From Octopus sinensis (Eukaryota), in assembly GCF_006345805.1 (NCBI RefSeq), contig NC_043000.1:113398001-113462000 (forward strand): 64,000 bases of DNA, read 5' to 3'. Below, piece by piece: positions 1-13,000 of the stretch. Position 1 is the first letter of the stretch; the number at the start of each line of letters is the position of its first letter. Made by a program: the position numbers and the translations under genes. Under the pieces are notes generated by a model that was given only the letters and a program-made list of their open reading frames with translations, searched no databases and was not told the DNA's origin.

Positions 1-7
1 AAGAATA

Positions 8-450
8 GGTGCATGTGTGGCTGTGTGGTAAGAAGCTTGCTTCCGAACCACGTGGTTTCGGGTTCAGTCTCACTGCGCGGCACTTTGGGCAAGTGTCTTC
101 TACTATAGCCTCGGGCTGACCCACGCCTTGTAAGTGGATTTGGCAGACGGAAATTGAAAGAAGCTTGTCGTAACTATGAGCGTGTGTGTGCGCGCGTGTG
201 TGTGTGTGTGTGTGTGTGTGCATGTGCGTGTGCGTGTGTGTGTGTGTGTGTCTTTGTGCCCCTGTTTGCCCGCCCCCTCACCACTTGACAAAGGTTGGTC
301 TGTTTACGTTCTCGAATCTTAGCGGTTCGTCAAAAGGGTCCTATAGGAATGGAGCTGATTCTTTTGACCACAAGAAAAAGAAATTTCTCGAAGACAGCAC
401 TCCAGCATAACCGCAATCATATGCCTGTAACAAGTAAAAGGTAAAAGATA
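8..450 (+). mobile_element. tRNA-derived SINE family A, full length, internal (TG)n, GTAAAAGA-like tail
   Basis: A-box-like TGGCTGTGTGG, B-box-like GGTTCAGTC and a TTGGGCAAGTGTCTT block; homologous to about 9 other copies in the window. Confidence 0.85.
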
Positions 451-639
451 TGAAAGATTGAAGGATATTTAAATCAGCTAAAATGTATGATGTATCTGAT
501 ATGAAAATAAGACTAAGAGTTGGAGGGTGGATGACTGGAGCATCAGGCATAAAACCATTTAATTGTTTAATATTTTGAAAAGTTGTCTCAATAATCATGT
601 TAAAATACCGAAACCTAGGTGAAGTCCAGATCTTGCAAG

Positions 640-865
640 CATAATATAATTCTGAACGGGAAAGAAGCTTCAAAGAGAGGGACTGCAGAATAGTAAAGCG
701 TATTGTATCAAACTATGGCAGCAAATATTTTAGCAGAGCTAAGCGAAAATCTTGTCAGCCCTGTGTCAACTAAAACTGTTTGTAGTGGGTTCCACATTTG
801 GATATCGTAGGAAGACTGCAATTGCTAATTCCCTTTTTGTCTCCAATTAACACTGTTAAGGAGAA
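640..865 (+). mobile_element. Decayed Tc1-like transposase, N-terminal HTH fragment
   Basis: Frameshifted translation RSFKERDCRIVKRIVS / AANILAELSENLVSPVSTKTV / GYRRKTAIA resembles the Tc1 DNA-binding domain. Confidence 0.6.
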
Positions 866-876
866 AAATAATGATA

Positions 877-1283
877 TTACTCTTTTACTCTTTTACTCTT
901 TTACTTGTTTCAGTCATTTGACTGCGGCCATGCTGGAGCACCGCCTTTAGTCGAGCAAATCGACCCCGGGACTTATTTTTTGTAAGCCCAGTACTTATTC
1001 TATCGGTCTCTTTTGCCGAACCGCTAAGTGACGGGGACGTAAACACACCAGCATCGGTTGTCAAGCAATGCTAGAGGGACAAACACAGACACACACATAC
1101 ATATATATACATATATACGACAGGCTTCTTTCAGTTTCCGTCTACCAAATCCACTCACAAGGCATTGGTTTGCCCGAGGCTATAGCAGAAGACACTTGCC
1201 CAAGATGCCACGCAGTGGGACTGAACCCAGAACCATGTGGTTGGTAGGCAAGCTACTTACCACACAGCCACTCCTGCGCCTAT
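877..1283 (-). mobile_element. SINE family A, full length, young
   Basis: Reverse complement of the family A consensus; (TTACTCTT)n tail at 877-904; tRNA-like head ends near 1282. Confidence 0.9.
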
Positions 1284-1600
1284 GTAGACGATCAGTTGTA
1301 ATTCATTGCCCAGTCGAAGAATGTTACCTGATAAACCATCGTTCACCATCGTGGTGGTGGTGGTGGTGGGTGGTGGTGGTGGTAGTGGTGGCGGTGGTGG
1401 TGGTGGTGGTGGTGGTGGTGATGGTGGTGGTGGTGGTGGTGGTGGTGGTGGTGTTAACCATTGTGGTTATACTTATTGATCTTTCTGTTCGTCTGTTCGT
1501 TTGACTGTTTGACCTCTCATTTGTGGGGCGTTATTTCACTTGGCACAACCGACTCTTTCAGTCGAATTCACTTGACCTACCTTTCCTCCTTCTTCTTCTG

Positions 1601-1667
<67 letters not shown>

Positions 1668-2200
1668 TATTATTATTATTAATAATAATAAGAAGAAGAA
1701 GAAGAATAATAATAATCTTTCGATGCTTATTCTACAATGAGACTGAGGAACAGTTGTGTAAGGTTTACCTGCTCTAAATCTGAGTTTCTGAAGAGCGTTA
1801 AAGTAGTGCTCTTGTTCGTTTCTTCTATACGTTTCGTTACATGGGTTATGATGTCTTTATAGTTGTTTTTATTTTGATTATTTTTGATTGATGGTGGTGG
1901 TGGTGATGGTCGTCGTCGTCGTCGTTGTGGCGGTGGTAGTGGTGTTGGTTGTGGCGGTGGCAATGGCGGTTTAGCCTCTGTAAAGACGCGTTTACTGTTG
2001 TATATTTTTTTCACTGCAGCTGTTTCTTTTGGCTCGGTTGTAGAAGTTTGGATGTTTGTTGTGGCGATGGTCTGTGGCACTCTACTCTTTTTTTTTTTTT
2101 TTTGCCATTTAGAAAACCTTGAGAGTGTTAGTTCTGCCATATGTAGCTTCTTAGGTTCCACTTGCAACCGCATTTGCTCACACTCTTCGAATTGGAAATA

Positions 2201-2366
2201 CGTATTTTAACATGTATAAGAACCCCTCACACCGAATTTTGTCAAAAATTAAGTTTAAAAATATGGGAGTTTCTAATACAGGAATAGTATTATAATCCCT
2301 TACAAAACATTTTTCCAAATTTTAAGCCCCCAACATTAGGGGTTCCTTGTACACGTTAAAATACGG
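2201..2366. mobile_element. MITE with pogo/Tc2-type terminal inverted repeats
   Basis: CGTATTTTAACATGTATAAGAACCCCT ... AGGGGTTCCTTGTACACGTTAAAATACG; about 27-bp imperfect TIRs. Confidence 0.7.
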
Positions 2367-2479
2367 TTATTTCAGATGCCAAATAATTTTAGTGCTGCCT
2401 GCTTCCGAAACTTCAGAACCACGTGTTTGGTTCTGCCCGAGAATGCAATTGAGTGTTATAACCTCACCCGTCTCTACCA

Positions 2480-2885
2480 ATGCCACCAATTTGATCATGT
2501 AAAAAAAAGATGGGGAGCCTGGATATAAAAAGCGGGAGAAAAAAACTATATAATCATAGATATCGCTTGCCTTGGTGTTGCGAGGATATTGGAAAGATAA
2601 GAGAATCTGGTCAGATGTGATGATTTGAAGTGGGAAAGATGGTGAGTATTAAATGTATGGGTCTTGGGAGCTTGGGTATTATAAGTAACAAACTCGAAAA
2701 ACTGGATTGAAAAATGAGCAAGAATAATTGTAAAGAAAGAGAGTCTAGTGGAGACAGTGTTGCTTGGAACTGTGAGAATCCTCCGCGTTATTCTCGGAAT
2801 CGAAATGGAAAATGTCACCTTAGTTCACTGGTTGTGGATAGCTGACACTTTGTCACATTTCCTAGCAAAGCTGCAGAAAAAAATA
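2480..2885 (+). mobile_element. R4/Dong-like LINE 3' end (restriction-like endonuclease C-terminus), decayed
   Basis: IIDIA...LGA...ETVLLGTVRILRVIL matches the LQKxxLLGTARILR motif of R4-clade ORFs. Confidence 0.65.
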
Positions 2886-2888
2886 AAC

Positions 2889-2997
2889 GATGTTGATGAC
2901 GACGACGACGACGGTGGTGGTCGTGGTGGTGGTGGTGGTCGTCGTCGTCGTCGTGGTCGTGGTGGTCGTGGAGGTAGTGGTGATGATGATGATGATA

Positions 2998-3032
<35 letters not shown>

Positions 3033-3096
3033 AATGATGATGGTGATGATGGTGACGATGATGATGGTGATGATGAAGATGATGATGGTGATGACG

Positions 3097-3127
<31 letters not shown>

Positions 3128-3420
3128 TGATGATGATGATGGTGATGATGGTGATGACGACGATGATGATGACGATGATGATGATGATGGTGATGATGGT
3201 GATGACGACGATGATGATGACGATGATGATGATGATGGTGATGATGGTGATGACGACGATGATGATGACGATGATGATGATGATGGTGATGATGGTGATG
3301 ACGACGATGATGATGACGATGATGATGATGATGGTGATGATTGTGATGACGACGACGACGATGATGATGATGAGGAGGAGATGAGGAGGAGGAGGAGGAG
3401 GAGGAGGAGGAGGAGGATGA
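2889..3420. repeat. Compound GAT/GAC/GGT/GAG microsatellite with a 48-bp higher-order unit
   Basis: GGTGATGATGGTGAT recurs at 3141, 3189, 3237 and 3285. Confidence 0.9.
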
Positions 3421-3980
3421 ATAACACGACAATGGCGAAAACAGAAACGACAACAATAATAACAATAATGATAATAATATTGTAAAGAAGAGTGTTGATA
3501 ATGATAAAGAGGATTATCCTGCTCATCTATCATCATAATCACCATCATCATCACCATCATCATCATCATCATCGTTATGACTACAATCCTGTCATAGTTG
3601 CTCGCACCTTTACACTTTATCCTGTTACACGGTTAATGTGGCTGTCTCAAGCGGAAATAAAACGAAAATCATAAATGCGTGTGTGTGTGTGTGTGTTATG
3701 TGTGTGCATGTGTTATATGTGTGTGCATGTGTTATATGTATGTGCGCATGTGGAGTGTGTATTTATGTGGATTTGTGCACGTGTGTACTTGTGCGTGCGC
3801 GTGTGTGTATGAACGTGTGTATTTATAAATATGTGTGTGTGTCCGTGTATATGTGTGTGTGTGTGTTGTGTGTTATATGTGTGCGCCTATGGATGTGTGT
3901 TTATGTGGATTTGTGTATGTGTGTACTTGTGTGTGCGTGTGTGTGTATGAACGTGTGTGCTTCTAAATAGGTGTGTGTGC

Positions 3981-4025
<45 letters not shown>

Positions 4026-4754
4026 AGTGTGTGTGTGTGTGCGTGTGTGATTTCATGAGAGAAAAATGGAGCTAAAGAAAGTGAGAAAAGTGGTTGTGAA
4101 AACGGCGGTTTCTAAATCTTGTTAACTGCTGCCATAACAAATCTGACGTGATTAGTCGTGTTTTAAAATCATATTAGTCATCACTAATGTTGTTAGTGGT
4201 TATGAGAATCGATGAAGGAAAATGAGCTTGTTTCCCCTCTTCCGTCGCTCATCAATAGTTCTTGTCAAGTCCATTCGTTGCATGATTATCTGCTTGTCTG
4301 ATTGCCTTGCTGCATTGCAGCTCTGTTGGTAAGCCGCTTTGCTTGTCTCCTTATCGCTTGCATTGGTCTCTTTGTAGCGTTGGCCAGTTGCTTGGTTTTT
4401 ATACCGCGCTAGCAATCTTATATACGATCGCTTGAATATATCGTTACACAGTTGTTTGGTTGCCTGCTTAGTCTTGCAATATGCAAACAGTGTTGTTTGC
4501 CTACATAGCTATATAGCTGAGCAGTTGTTTACTTGTGAAATTCTCTGTAGGCGGAGTACTATATCGTATCGTCGAATCATGCGCGTACGAAGTTCCAGAA
4601 TTTTTTATCAGATGCTTACATACCTCCAGCCTAACACTACAGCATCATATCTTCCTGTTCTCCCTACCAAATGAGGAACAAGGCATTGAAGGGATCTACA
4701 TGCCTCGCTGCAAAGGAATTTGCTTATCCTGTTGTTGTAGCTGTTTGTTTGTTT

Positions 4755-5003
4755 GTTGAGCGAAGCGGTCTTCGTCCTTAGTGTGAGAAGTCCGAAACGT
4801 GGTCCTCTGCTATTCGTAAGACCCGCAGAAGAGAAAGCAGGTCAACCCCCGACACCGAGAGCATCGACGGATGGATGAATGCGCATCCAGGCTCAGCGGT
4901 TGCGTAGGGAGTCGGGGACAAGAAACAGGAAGAAAGAGTGAGAGAAAGTTGGAGCGAAAGGGTACAACAGGAGTCGCCCCCCCCCTGCCGGCGACTCGTG
5001 GAC
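4755..5003 (-). mobile_element. 5'-truncated SINE sharing a central domain with family D (55419-55733) but with a different tail
   Basis: Shared block GAAGAAAGAGTGAGAGAAAGTTG...CCCTGCCGG...CTCGTGGA. Confidence 0.7.
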
Positions 5004-5047
5004 ATTATCTATTGTAGTCTTAGGCAAATTTAGAAAATATCAGGCTT

Positions 5048-5200
5048 AACATAGCTAGCAGCGGTAGGGCTGGTTCGCCCAGGCGGCACTTTTAACGGGG
5101 CACCACTTTTGGGTCTACTGTAGGCAACATGTGCTTTTTGTGGCATCCGGGGCGGCAAAAGGAATGGCCGCCCCGAGCGGCATACATTCTAGCTACGCTA
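5048..5200. mobile_element. hAT-type MITE
   Basis: Ends TAACATAGCTA / TAGCTACGCTA; internal GCCCCGGGCGGCA-like subterminal motifs. Confidence 0.55.
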
Positions 5201-5774
5201 GTGAGTCCGTCATTCCTTCTATGTTTTAACAAGTCGTGCTTGTCTACAGTTCAGTTATTTATGTTACATCCCTGGTATACCACATTTCCTATCCAAAATA
5301 TTATAGCAATTTGGCGAAGTCATTTGTTGACAAACTTATAAGCGGCGTCGATCTCACTAGTTTCGGAAATTGGGGGAGGATGGGGGGACCGTGAAAAATA
5401 TTAGATTCATCCACTCATGAAACATATATCGTGTTGTATATAAATATAACGGATATTAATGTATTAATTATATCATTATTCTTAAGATACACGCTGAAAG
5501 CAATATAGAAACTTACTCCAAGTTTCTGATACATCTCCGAGGGAAATTGCAACGTACAGTGACCATAACTTGCTATATATTAATTAAATTTCTAACTAGA
5601 CAACCACATTATGAAACATCTTCTACACAGTATAATAAACTAGATAATATTAGCTTAGTGCTGTAGATGCTATCAAAAATATTCTATGGTTTGGCTAATA
5701 TAGGATTGTCTAACCTATGTTATATTGTGTCTAAGTTTTTGTTTAGCAGATTGATAGAATGGTGGTTACTATTA

Positions 5775-5980
5775 GTTTCAAATTTTAGCACCGCGCCAGC
5801 AAGTTCGAGTAAGGGGTGAACCGTTTACATCTACTCTAGTGTTCAACTGGTACTTATTTTATCGACTCTGAAACGACATAGTCGACCTCTGCACAACTTG
5901 AACTCAAAACGTAAAGATTGACGAAATACCGCTAAGCATTTCTCCCAGCGCGCTAGCTATTCTTCGTGCTCGCCACCTTA
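5775..5980 (-). mobile_element. SINE family B, diverged
   Basis: Reverse complement of AGGCGGCGAGC...GTTCAAATTCC...GTCGATAAAATAAGTACCAGTT. Confidence 0.8.
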
Positions 5981-6128
5981 ATATTGGTTAATATTAGCTG
6001 ACGTACAATAAGTGTCGCATAAATTATTATAGAGTTTGGCTAATGTATGAAACACATTGCCCAAAGTATGGCTGATATTGACTAACGTGTGATGTATGTT
6101 GCATCAAATGTTTGTTTAACTTGTGAGA

Positions 6129-6460
6129 TACAGGGTTAGACAGAAAGAATTAAAAAAGTGGGAATAAATTTTCATCTGAAATCGGTCGTTCAAACTGTAT
6201 TCTCTGATAGAGTAACTCTTCCCTTATACAAACGTACTGCTCCACATCGTCTCCATCCGAAACGATTAAACTTCTGCCATCTTTGAGGCCAACTCAAAAA
6301 AATTGACTTCGAAAAGCTTGAGGTCTGCAATGGTGTCCCCGCTTCGTTACAGCCAATTGCATGTCGTCTGAGTCATCAAATCCTTGCTTTTGAAGAAAGT
6401 CCGTCATTTGAACGAATAATTGGAAATCAGAAAGGTTCGAATCCAAGCGATACAATAAAA
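6129..6460 (-). mobile_element. mariner transposase 3' fragment with TIR, decayed
   Basis: LDSNLSDFQLF..FL....FDDSDD..AV resembles PDLAPSDFHLF; TA-CAGGGTTAGACAG terminus. Confidence 0.6.
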
Positions 6461-7059
6461 GGGGGACTACTGTCTGCCACAATTATTTGCCGACTGCTTA
6501 CCTTGTTGCCAAAGATCTATGTAAGTATGCATTTTCGGGATGAATGTGGGACATTTTGCATTCCTAAAATCCAGTTTGGAGCTTTGACAAATGCACCACT
6601 GGGAGAGCAAAAGCATCAGATAGCGCGGACTCCGTAACCGTGCTCATTATTCGTTGTGGAGGTGTGTGTTTTCTAATAAGTAAAGAGAAACGATGTCGCT
6701 TACCTCTGATGAGTCATGCGATCCCAAGCATAGATCAAATGATACTTTAGTGTTGTTCTTGATCAGGAAAGCTTTGTCGTGGGAGAAATTCTAAACAATA
6801 GCTTAACCGCAAAGTTTACTCTATAAAAGTTTCTCCAAAACACCTTTTCATATTAACACACCTTAAAACGTAATTACCACTCTACTCAAAGGCACACTCC
6901 TAAGGAAGACTTTAATTAAAGAATAACGATACTACATAAAGGCAAGATTAAATTCAATGCATCGCAGTCGGAGGATGGCTTAATGTCTGAAACGTCAAAG
7001 TCAATGTCGATAATGTTCTCTTTTAAGAATAACAAATTTTTATTCCACGGAGGAGAGGA

Positions 7060-7303
7060 GACCCTCTTAGGGCATGAATGACCATGGGATTGCACCTAGA
7101 AAATTACCTTCCGAGGCACAAGTCCGGTAAGGTTGTTTGTGGAAGGCCAGCAGTCGCCCATGCATACCAGCCTCCGCTCTCCATACCGCTGATGTTATCC
7201 AAGGGAAAGGCAAAGGGACCGATACTGCTTGGCACCTGTGACGTCGCAACTCACTTCTACAGCTGAGGGAACAGGAGAAACGTGAAATAAAGTGTCTTGC
7301 TCA
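7060..7303 (-). mobile_element. SINE family C (CORE-like), head missing
   Basis: Homologous to 15805-16140 and 36000-36330. Confidence 0.85.
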
Positions 7304-8529
7304 TTTTATATTATACATCATTCAGCCCTGAAACGTACGTATTAAATTACTTTAAAGTATCACTGATTGCTTTGACCTCATTAGTATATATATATAAGAG
7401 AGAGAGAGGCACGGGCAGAGTGCACCATGAGAGACTGGAGTGTAAGCAAAAAGTAAAGGGAGCTGGAGAACACGTGAACAAAGAGTAGAGTCAAGTGTCT
7501 AAAATTCAACGAGGTGAAAATGTCGATTAACTCGTATTATCCCAGCATTTAATGAACAAAATCTTCCTCTAATGCACGCTTAAAATTTAAAATTACTCAA
7601 ATAGGATCATCACAATCAATGCCCTTATTTTGATATTTAATCGTTTAGCAATTAAATGAAAATTATGTACGATCTCCTAGAAAAGGTAGGCATATCCCCC
7701 TCAAATCCCTCTCTCATAATCTTGAGCTAAGCAGAACTGAAATGATAGACAAACTAACGACCAAAACAGAAACTAGATGGAAATGTCAGTAGTAATTCTC
7801 ATCACCAGTCTGCCCTGTAAAGGATGACCTGGAGTAAATAGACAAAAACAATTGTAGCGACATTGACAATAAATAATAATCGATCTCAACAGAATTTATT
7901 CAATAGAGCTGTATAAAGAAGAGAACGAGGGCAGTGTCAAATACTGTTGAAATCGTATTGTATGTGTTGTGAGGTGATTTATGGGAAAAGAGGAGTAGAG
8001 GGAATAACGATGGAAATGAGAAAGCCATTGTATAAATTTAGACATCCATCACACTGAAGAATTACTTCTAAAACTCAAAGTCTCTTGCAAGGAATATATT
8101 AAACAAATGAGATAGGTTCTACTGCAATCAAGAGAGTAGCATTACACACACACACACACACACACACACCAAAACCACAAGCACTCTATACACGTATATA
8201 CATTTTAGTTTCTACTTATATATATATATTCTCAAACACTCACTTGCGTCGATATAGAAATCTAGAGATGCATACATATAGGTAGACAGTGTCAGACAGT
8301 TAGATAGATAGGTACGGGGATACAGAGAGACACGGTCAGAAAGAAGGGCTGTCAAACAGACAGACAGACAGACAGACAGAGAAGAGAGATTTTTATGTTT
8401 TGGTTGTAAGAGAGAATATTGCTTATATAAAATTAAGTATTCAGTATTTAAAAATAGTGTTATGCACGCATACACGAATACAAACATATGTACATGTGCC
8501 TGTGCTTGCGTGTACGCGTGTGTGTGTGT

Positions 8530-8578
<49 letters not shown>

Positions 8579-9084
8579 TGTCTGTGTGTGTCTGTGTGCG
8601 TGTGCGTGATTAAGCAGAGAAAGGTGGATGAAGAAACCTAGATGTAAGGAGTGTATTCTTTGTATAGAAATTCGGTATTCAAATAGATGACTAGATTAAG
8701 TAATGCGATGCAATCTTTACAGCTGTTTCGAACACACAATAACTGGTACTATATCATACACACACACTTATATGTATATATGTTTGTGTGTAGGGATATT
8801 ATGTATATGTATCTGCATGTACGTATGTATACACACACACGAGTAAAAAAAATGCTCCAGACTACACATAGATTGAATTGTAGTTCCGGTTCAGTATTTA
8901 CCATTCTCAGCCACATAGTCCTTGGCTATGTTGACTAGATTGTTGTTCTGCAGTTATACGAATTATATATTTAAGGGTTTACCACGAGCAGTACAAGATG
9001 TATTCTAACTACATTTCTGAATGGCATAGTGCTAGCTTCTTCTTTCCTTATCGACTTATACAAAACTAACACACAATATCGATT

Positions 9085-9298
9085 TTAAATGTTAGCATAA
9101 GGCCAGCAATTTCCAGGAAGTGGGTAAGTCGATTTCTTCGACCCCAGCACTCATCTGGTAATAATATCATCGACCTCGAAAATATGAATGACAAAAGTCG
9201 ACCTCTGTAGAATTTGTATTCAGAAGGTAAAAATGAACGAAATACCACTAAACATTTTGTCCGACGTGCTAACCATCCGTCCCAGCGCGCAGCCTTAT
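9085..9298 (-). mobile_element. SINE family B, old copy
   Basis: Diverged match to family B. Confidence 0.65.
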
Positions 9299-9479
9299 AA
9301 CTCACACATAATATTGATAAAGGCTACAAATTGTATGACTAACGGAGTAAGATTGGTAACTATTCTAAATGCTCATTAAGTTTTATGCATTTGAGATCCA
9401 ATTTTGCAGTAAATTTATTCCTCATAGATATAAAGACCTAAGGTGTCTGCATATATAATAGCTATTGATTGATAGACAA

Positions 9480-10705
9480 CCATTCTCATATACAATCACG
9501 TGAACACACGCTTGTCACACACAAACAATTAATATGTTCATTTAAGAACACATTGACACGTATATACGCATTTCATCGCCGGGTTGGGGTTTCGAAACCT
9601 TAGCGTTGTTATTGTTTTTGGGTTACGGTTTATCAGGTTGCTTTTTTTGTGGAAAATTGAGTTTTTTTTCTTATTTCTAGCGTGTTATTAAAGGATATTT
9701 AGTGCGGTTTATATTTTTAATGAGCATGCTTTACTTATTCAATGGGAATTGGGTTGACGTGTTTCCAGTACCTTGGTGGAGAGGGAAGATTTGGTATTTT
9801 GGGTTTATGTCTGTAGGGCATTGATCTAGGTGTTTGCTTACGGGAATTTTCCTGGTCGTGTAGTCTCGGATTTGTTGTCTGTGTACCGTCAGAGGTAGAT
9901 GCAAGTCCTGCAGTTGAGGCAGTTGCGCTCTTTGACTAGTGGGGTTATATTTTTGGTGAGTAATTTGGCGCTGGTAAGCAACCATAATAGAGATTGCAGT
10001 TGTCTCTTGCTTTTAATGATTCTATGTCTCTCCAGTGCATTTTTCCTTCGCAGGTCGTTCATAAAGAGGATGTGTTTTGATGGATGATGTTGTATGCTTC
10101 GATGTTCCTCGGATTGTGTGTTGATACGCAAGACAAAGTTTTAAATGTGTCATGGGGTTTTCTTGTTTTATCGTAATTCTTATATGTCTATCGCTTTCGC
10201 ACGTTCTATTCTGCATTTGATTAAACTAGCCCGTATTTTCTTTCTAGTCATGTGCTTGCTTATAGAAATTTTCCAGGTTGTATGGTTTGTTGCTTTTTAC
10301 CGTCAGTCTGTCCCTCAGGGTCAAACTAGTTTGACCGATGTAGTCGCCATCACACTCGCTACATTTCAGGACATAGATAAATTTCTTCGAATCGCTTATC
10401 CTCTATTTCGGGTTTAGCCGTAATCGTGCAAATTCTTCTTGCCAAGTTGAACGGTATATCTATTTTAGTATGTTTTGGATGACAGGAAGAGAAAAGAAGA
10501 TCTTGTTTCGAGTCGGTTGGTTTAAAGTTGTTGTCGGTTTTGGGATTGGTATTTCTTTTACTGATAAAAATGGCCAGGAAGCGTAGATGCTTGTGGCTGT
10601 ATTCCATTGTAAATTGGATACTGTGGGTTATGCTTTTGATTAAGATCTTTAAATTCTAAGAGTTGCTCAAGGTTATGCGACCACAAAATGAAACAATCGT
10701 CTGTG
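9480..10705 (-). mobile_element. Penelope-like retroelement (RT C-terminus, Cys linker, GIY-YIG endonuclease remnant), 5'-truncated and internally deleted
   Basis: DDCFILW; MEYSHKHLRFL; FKPTDSKQDLLFSSCHPKHTKIDIPFNLARRICTI; NCLNCRTC; HRQQIRD...IPVSKHLDQC are PLE motifs; the Cys linker suggests a Neptune-like clade. Confidence 0.85.
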
Positions 10706-10719
10706 CGCACGTGTGTGTG

Positions 10720-10920
10720 TGTGTATTTCTCCCTCACCACCGCTTCACAACCGGTGTTGATGTGTTTACGTCTACGTAACTTAGCGGTTCGTGAAAGAGA
10801 TCAATGGATTAAGTATCAGGCTTTAAAACAATAAGTACTGGGTTTCATTCTTTCGACTAATTGTTCAATGCTGTGCCCCAGAATGGCCGCAGTCATATGA
10901 TTAAAACAAAAGAAAAAAAG
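10720..10920 (+). mobile_element. SINE family A, 3' half
   Basis: CACCGCTTCACAACCGGTGTT...CTTAGCGGTTCG...GGCCGCAGTCA and tail. Confidence 0.8.
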
Positions 10921-10933
10921 ACTATATATATAC

Positions 10934-10967
<34 letters not shown>

Positions 10968-11056
10968 ATAAACCAGCACTCTAGCATAGACATGTACGTA
11001 CTCAAACATACACACACACATACATACATACATACATACATACATACATACATACA

Positions 11057-11088
<32 letters not shown>

Positions 11089-11685
11089 CATGCATATAAA
11101 TATTTAGGATATATATGTTTGACAACACGACTAGAAAGTCGATATTTTGCATTGTATTTATGATTTGTTTGGGTATGAACATCACAGCTTCTTTTGCGAT
11201 TGCATTTAAAGATGTTGCACGGTGCAACTACCTAGAGGGTGCCATAACACCATTTCAGTGATTACCATAGCAACAGGTGTGTCGCTGCGAATAACAGAAT
11301 GAGGAAGTCTCTTGTGATTGATTCGTGTGATGTAGTTTTGTGGTGAGAGAATGGGATTATGTGAGTGCAGTTGTATTAGGAATGAACGACAATGGAAAGA
11401 TTAAGGCAAGAAAGGTGTGATTGGAAGAAAGAATGAAAGAAAAAGAGAATGAAAGAAAGAAAGAATGCAGGTAACAAAAAATTGAAAGAACGTATGAAAC
11501 GAATGAAAGGAGAAAGAAGGAAAGTCAGAATGAAATATAGATCCAAAACAGCAGAAAAGAAGAAACAAACAAACGAAAAACAAAGAAAGCAGGAAGAAAG
11601 AGACAAACAAAGGAAATGAAGAAAGCAGAAAGAAAGAAAGAAAGGAAGGAAGGAAGGAAGGAAGGAAGGAAGGAAGGAAGAATGA

Positions 11686-11733
<48 letters not shown>

Positions 11734-11862
11734 CAGAAGGAAATAAAGAAAATGAAAACAAGAAAGCAAGAAAGGAAGAAAAAAGAAAGAAAGAAACCAG
11801 GAAAGAAAGAAAGAAAGAAAGAAGGAAAGAAAGGAAGAAGGAAGGAAAGAAAGAAAGAAAGT

Positions 11863-12069
11863 AGGGCGGTGAGCCTTCAGAATCTTTAGCACGCCGGACG
11901 AAATGCTTAGCAGCATTTCGTCTGCCGTTAGGTTCTGAGTTCAATTTCCGCCGAGGTCGATTAAATAAGTACTAGTTACGCACTGGGGTTGATGTAATCT
12001 ACTTTAGTCCCTTTGTCTGTCGGTGTTTGTCCCCTCTATGTTTAGCCCCCTGTGGGCAATAAAAGAAAT
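11863..12069 (+). mobile_element. SINE family B
   Basis: AGGGCGGTGAGC head through GGGCAATAAAAGAAAT tail. Confidence 0.85.
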
Positions 12070-12379
12070 ATATATAACAGCGATTTTATTAGAAACATTA
12101 TTACTGCGTCTAACAATGAGAAAAAATAACTTTAAGAAATCTTGTTATGGACGAGAATTTCTTGATCCAGTGACAAGAACAGCGCGAAGTATAAAGGATA
12201 TACAAACTGCATATTTAGGGTCTTTAAAAGGAAATAAGAAAAGATATATTTTTTATAGGATTTTGAGGAACACAAAAATCCCAACGAAAGATATCAATCG
12301 ACGTTTGTTGGGGTTCGGATTTGGGGGCGGAAGAGGGGGTGCATTAATGTTTTAATATATCGTAACATGATATTGCTTA

Positions 12380-13000
12380 GAAATGCAGATTTATAGTTGT
12401 TTAAAATCGGTATCAAACGAAATGCCGAAGAGAATATCTTGCTGTGCAACCGAACAAAGTCAAGTTATTTTAGCAAGGATGAAAATGGCAGGACGAATTG
12501 TGATCGCTATAGAATATAAATATATATCCAAGGAGACAAATCTAAGACTGTTCGTATACAGAATAATACAGAAATGTCTTCAGAAAAAGAATGGAGTGGA
12601 AGAATTATTGCAAGTAATGACATCATTTAACCCATAACGGAATATAAAGTATAAAGATTTTATGATCGTAACTCAACATTGCGTAATAATGGAGCGCTAA
12701 ACATTCGGAAGAGACATCAAAAGACTTTCGAAAGAGAGTATGTTGCTCAGTAGACGAACAAATGATGGAGTATTCTATTGGATCGGATAAAAATGGTGCG
12801 GAATTGTGAAAGGTGCGAAAATTATACCCGAGGAAACAAATATAAAATCGTTGTTATATAGCGTAATGTAGGGAGAAATATGATCAGAACTGGATGTAAA
12901 TGAATGTTAGTGGAGAAATATTGTACCTTTTATAGGGAAACCTGAGATGCCATGATTGCTTTTTGAAGGACAGCAGAGAATGGATGGCCTGAAGAAGCAA
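12380..13000 (+). mobile_element. Possible, heavily decayed Gypsy-like integrase zinc-binding remnant
   Basis: FYWIG* then, after a frameshift, MVRNCERC near 12770-12820; resembles YWPGM..MV..C..C. Confidence 0.3.

Noticed and set aside
1727-2173. 148-aa minus-strand ORF with a CAG|GTAAAC donor-like site near its end
   Set aside because: Low complexity and no recognisable domain; could be a UTR exon but unsupported without RNA data
2748-3485. 245-aa Asp-rich ORF resembling a biomineralisation protein
   Set aside because: It starts inside a LINE remnant and runs through a GAT microsatellite
6700-6750. CTGATGA followed by a hairpin
   Set aside because: GAAA is replaced by CAAA and there is no stem I pairing
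6965-7005. CGGAGGA..GGC/GTC..GAAACGTC
   Set aside because: Core is degenerate and stem I does not pair
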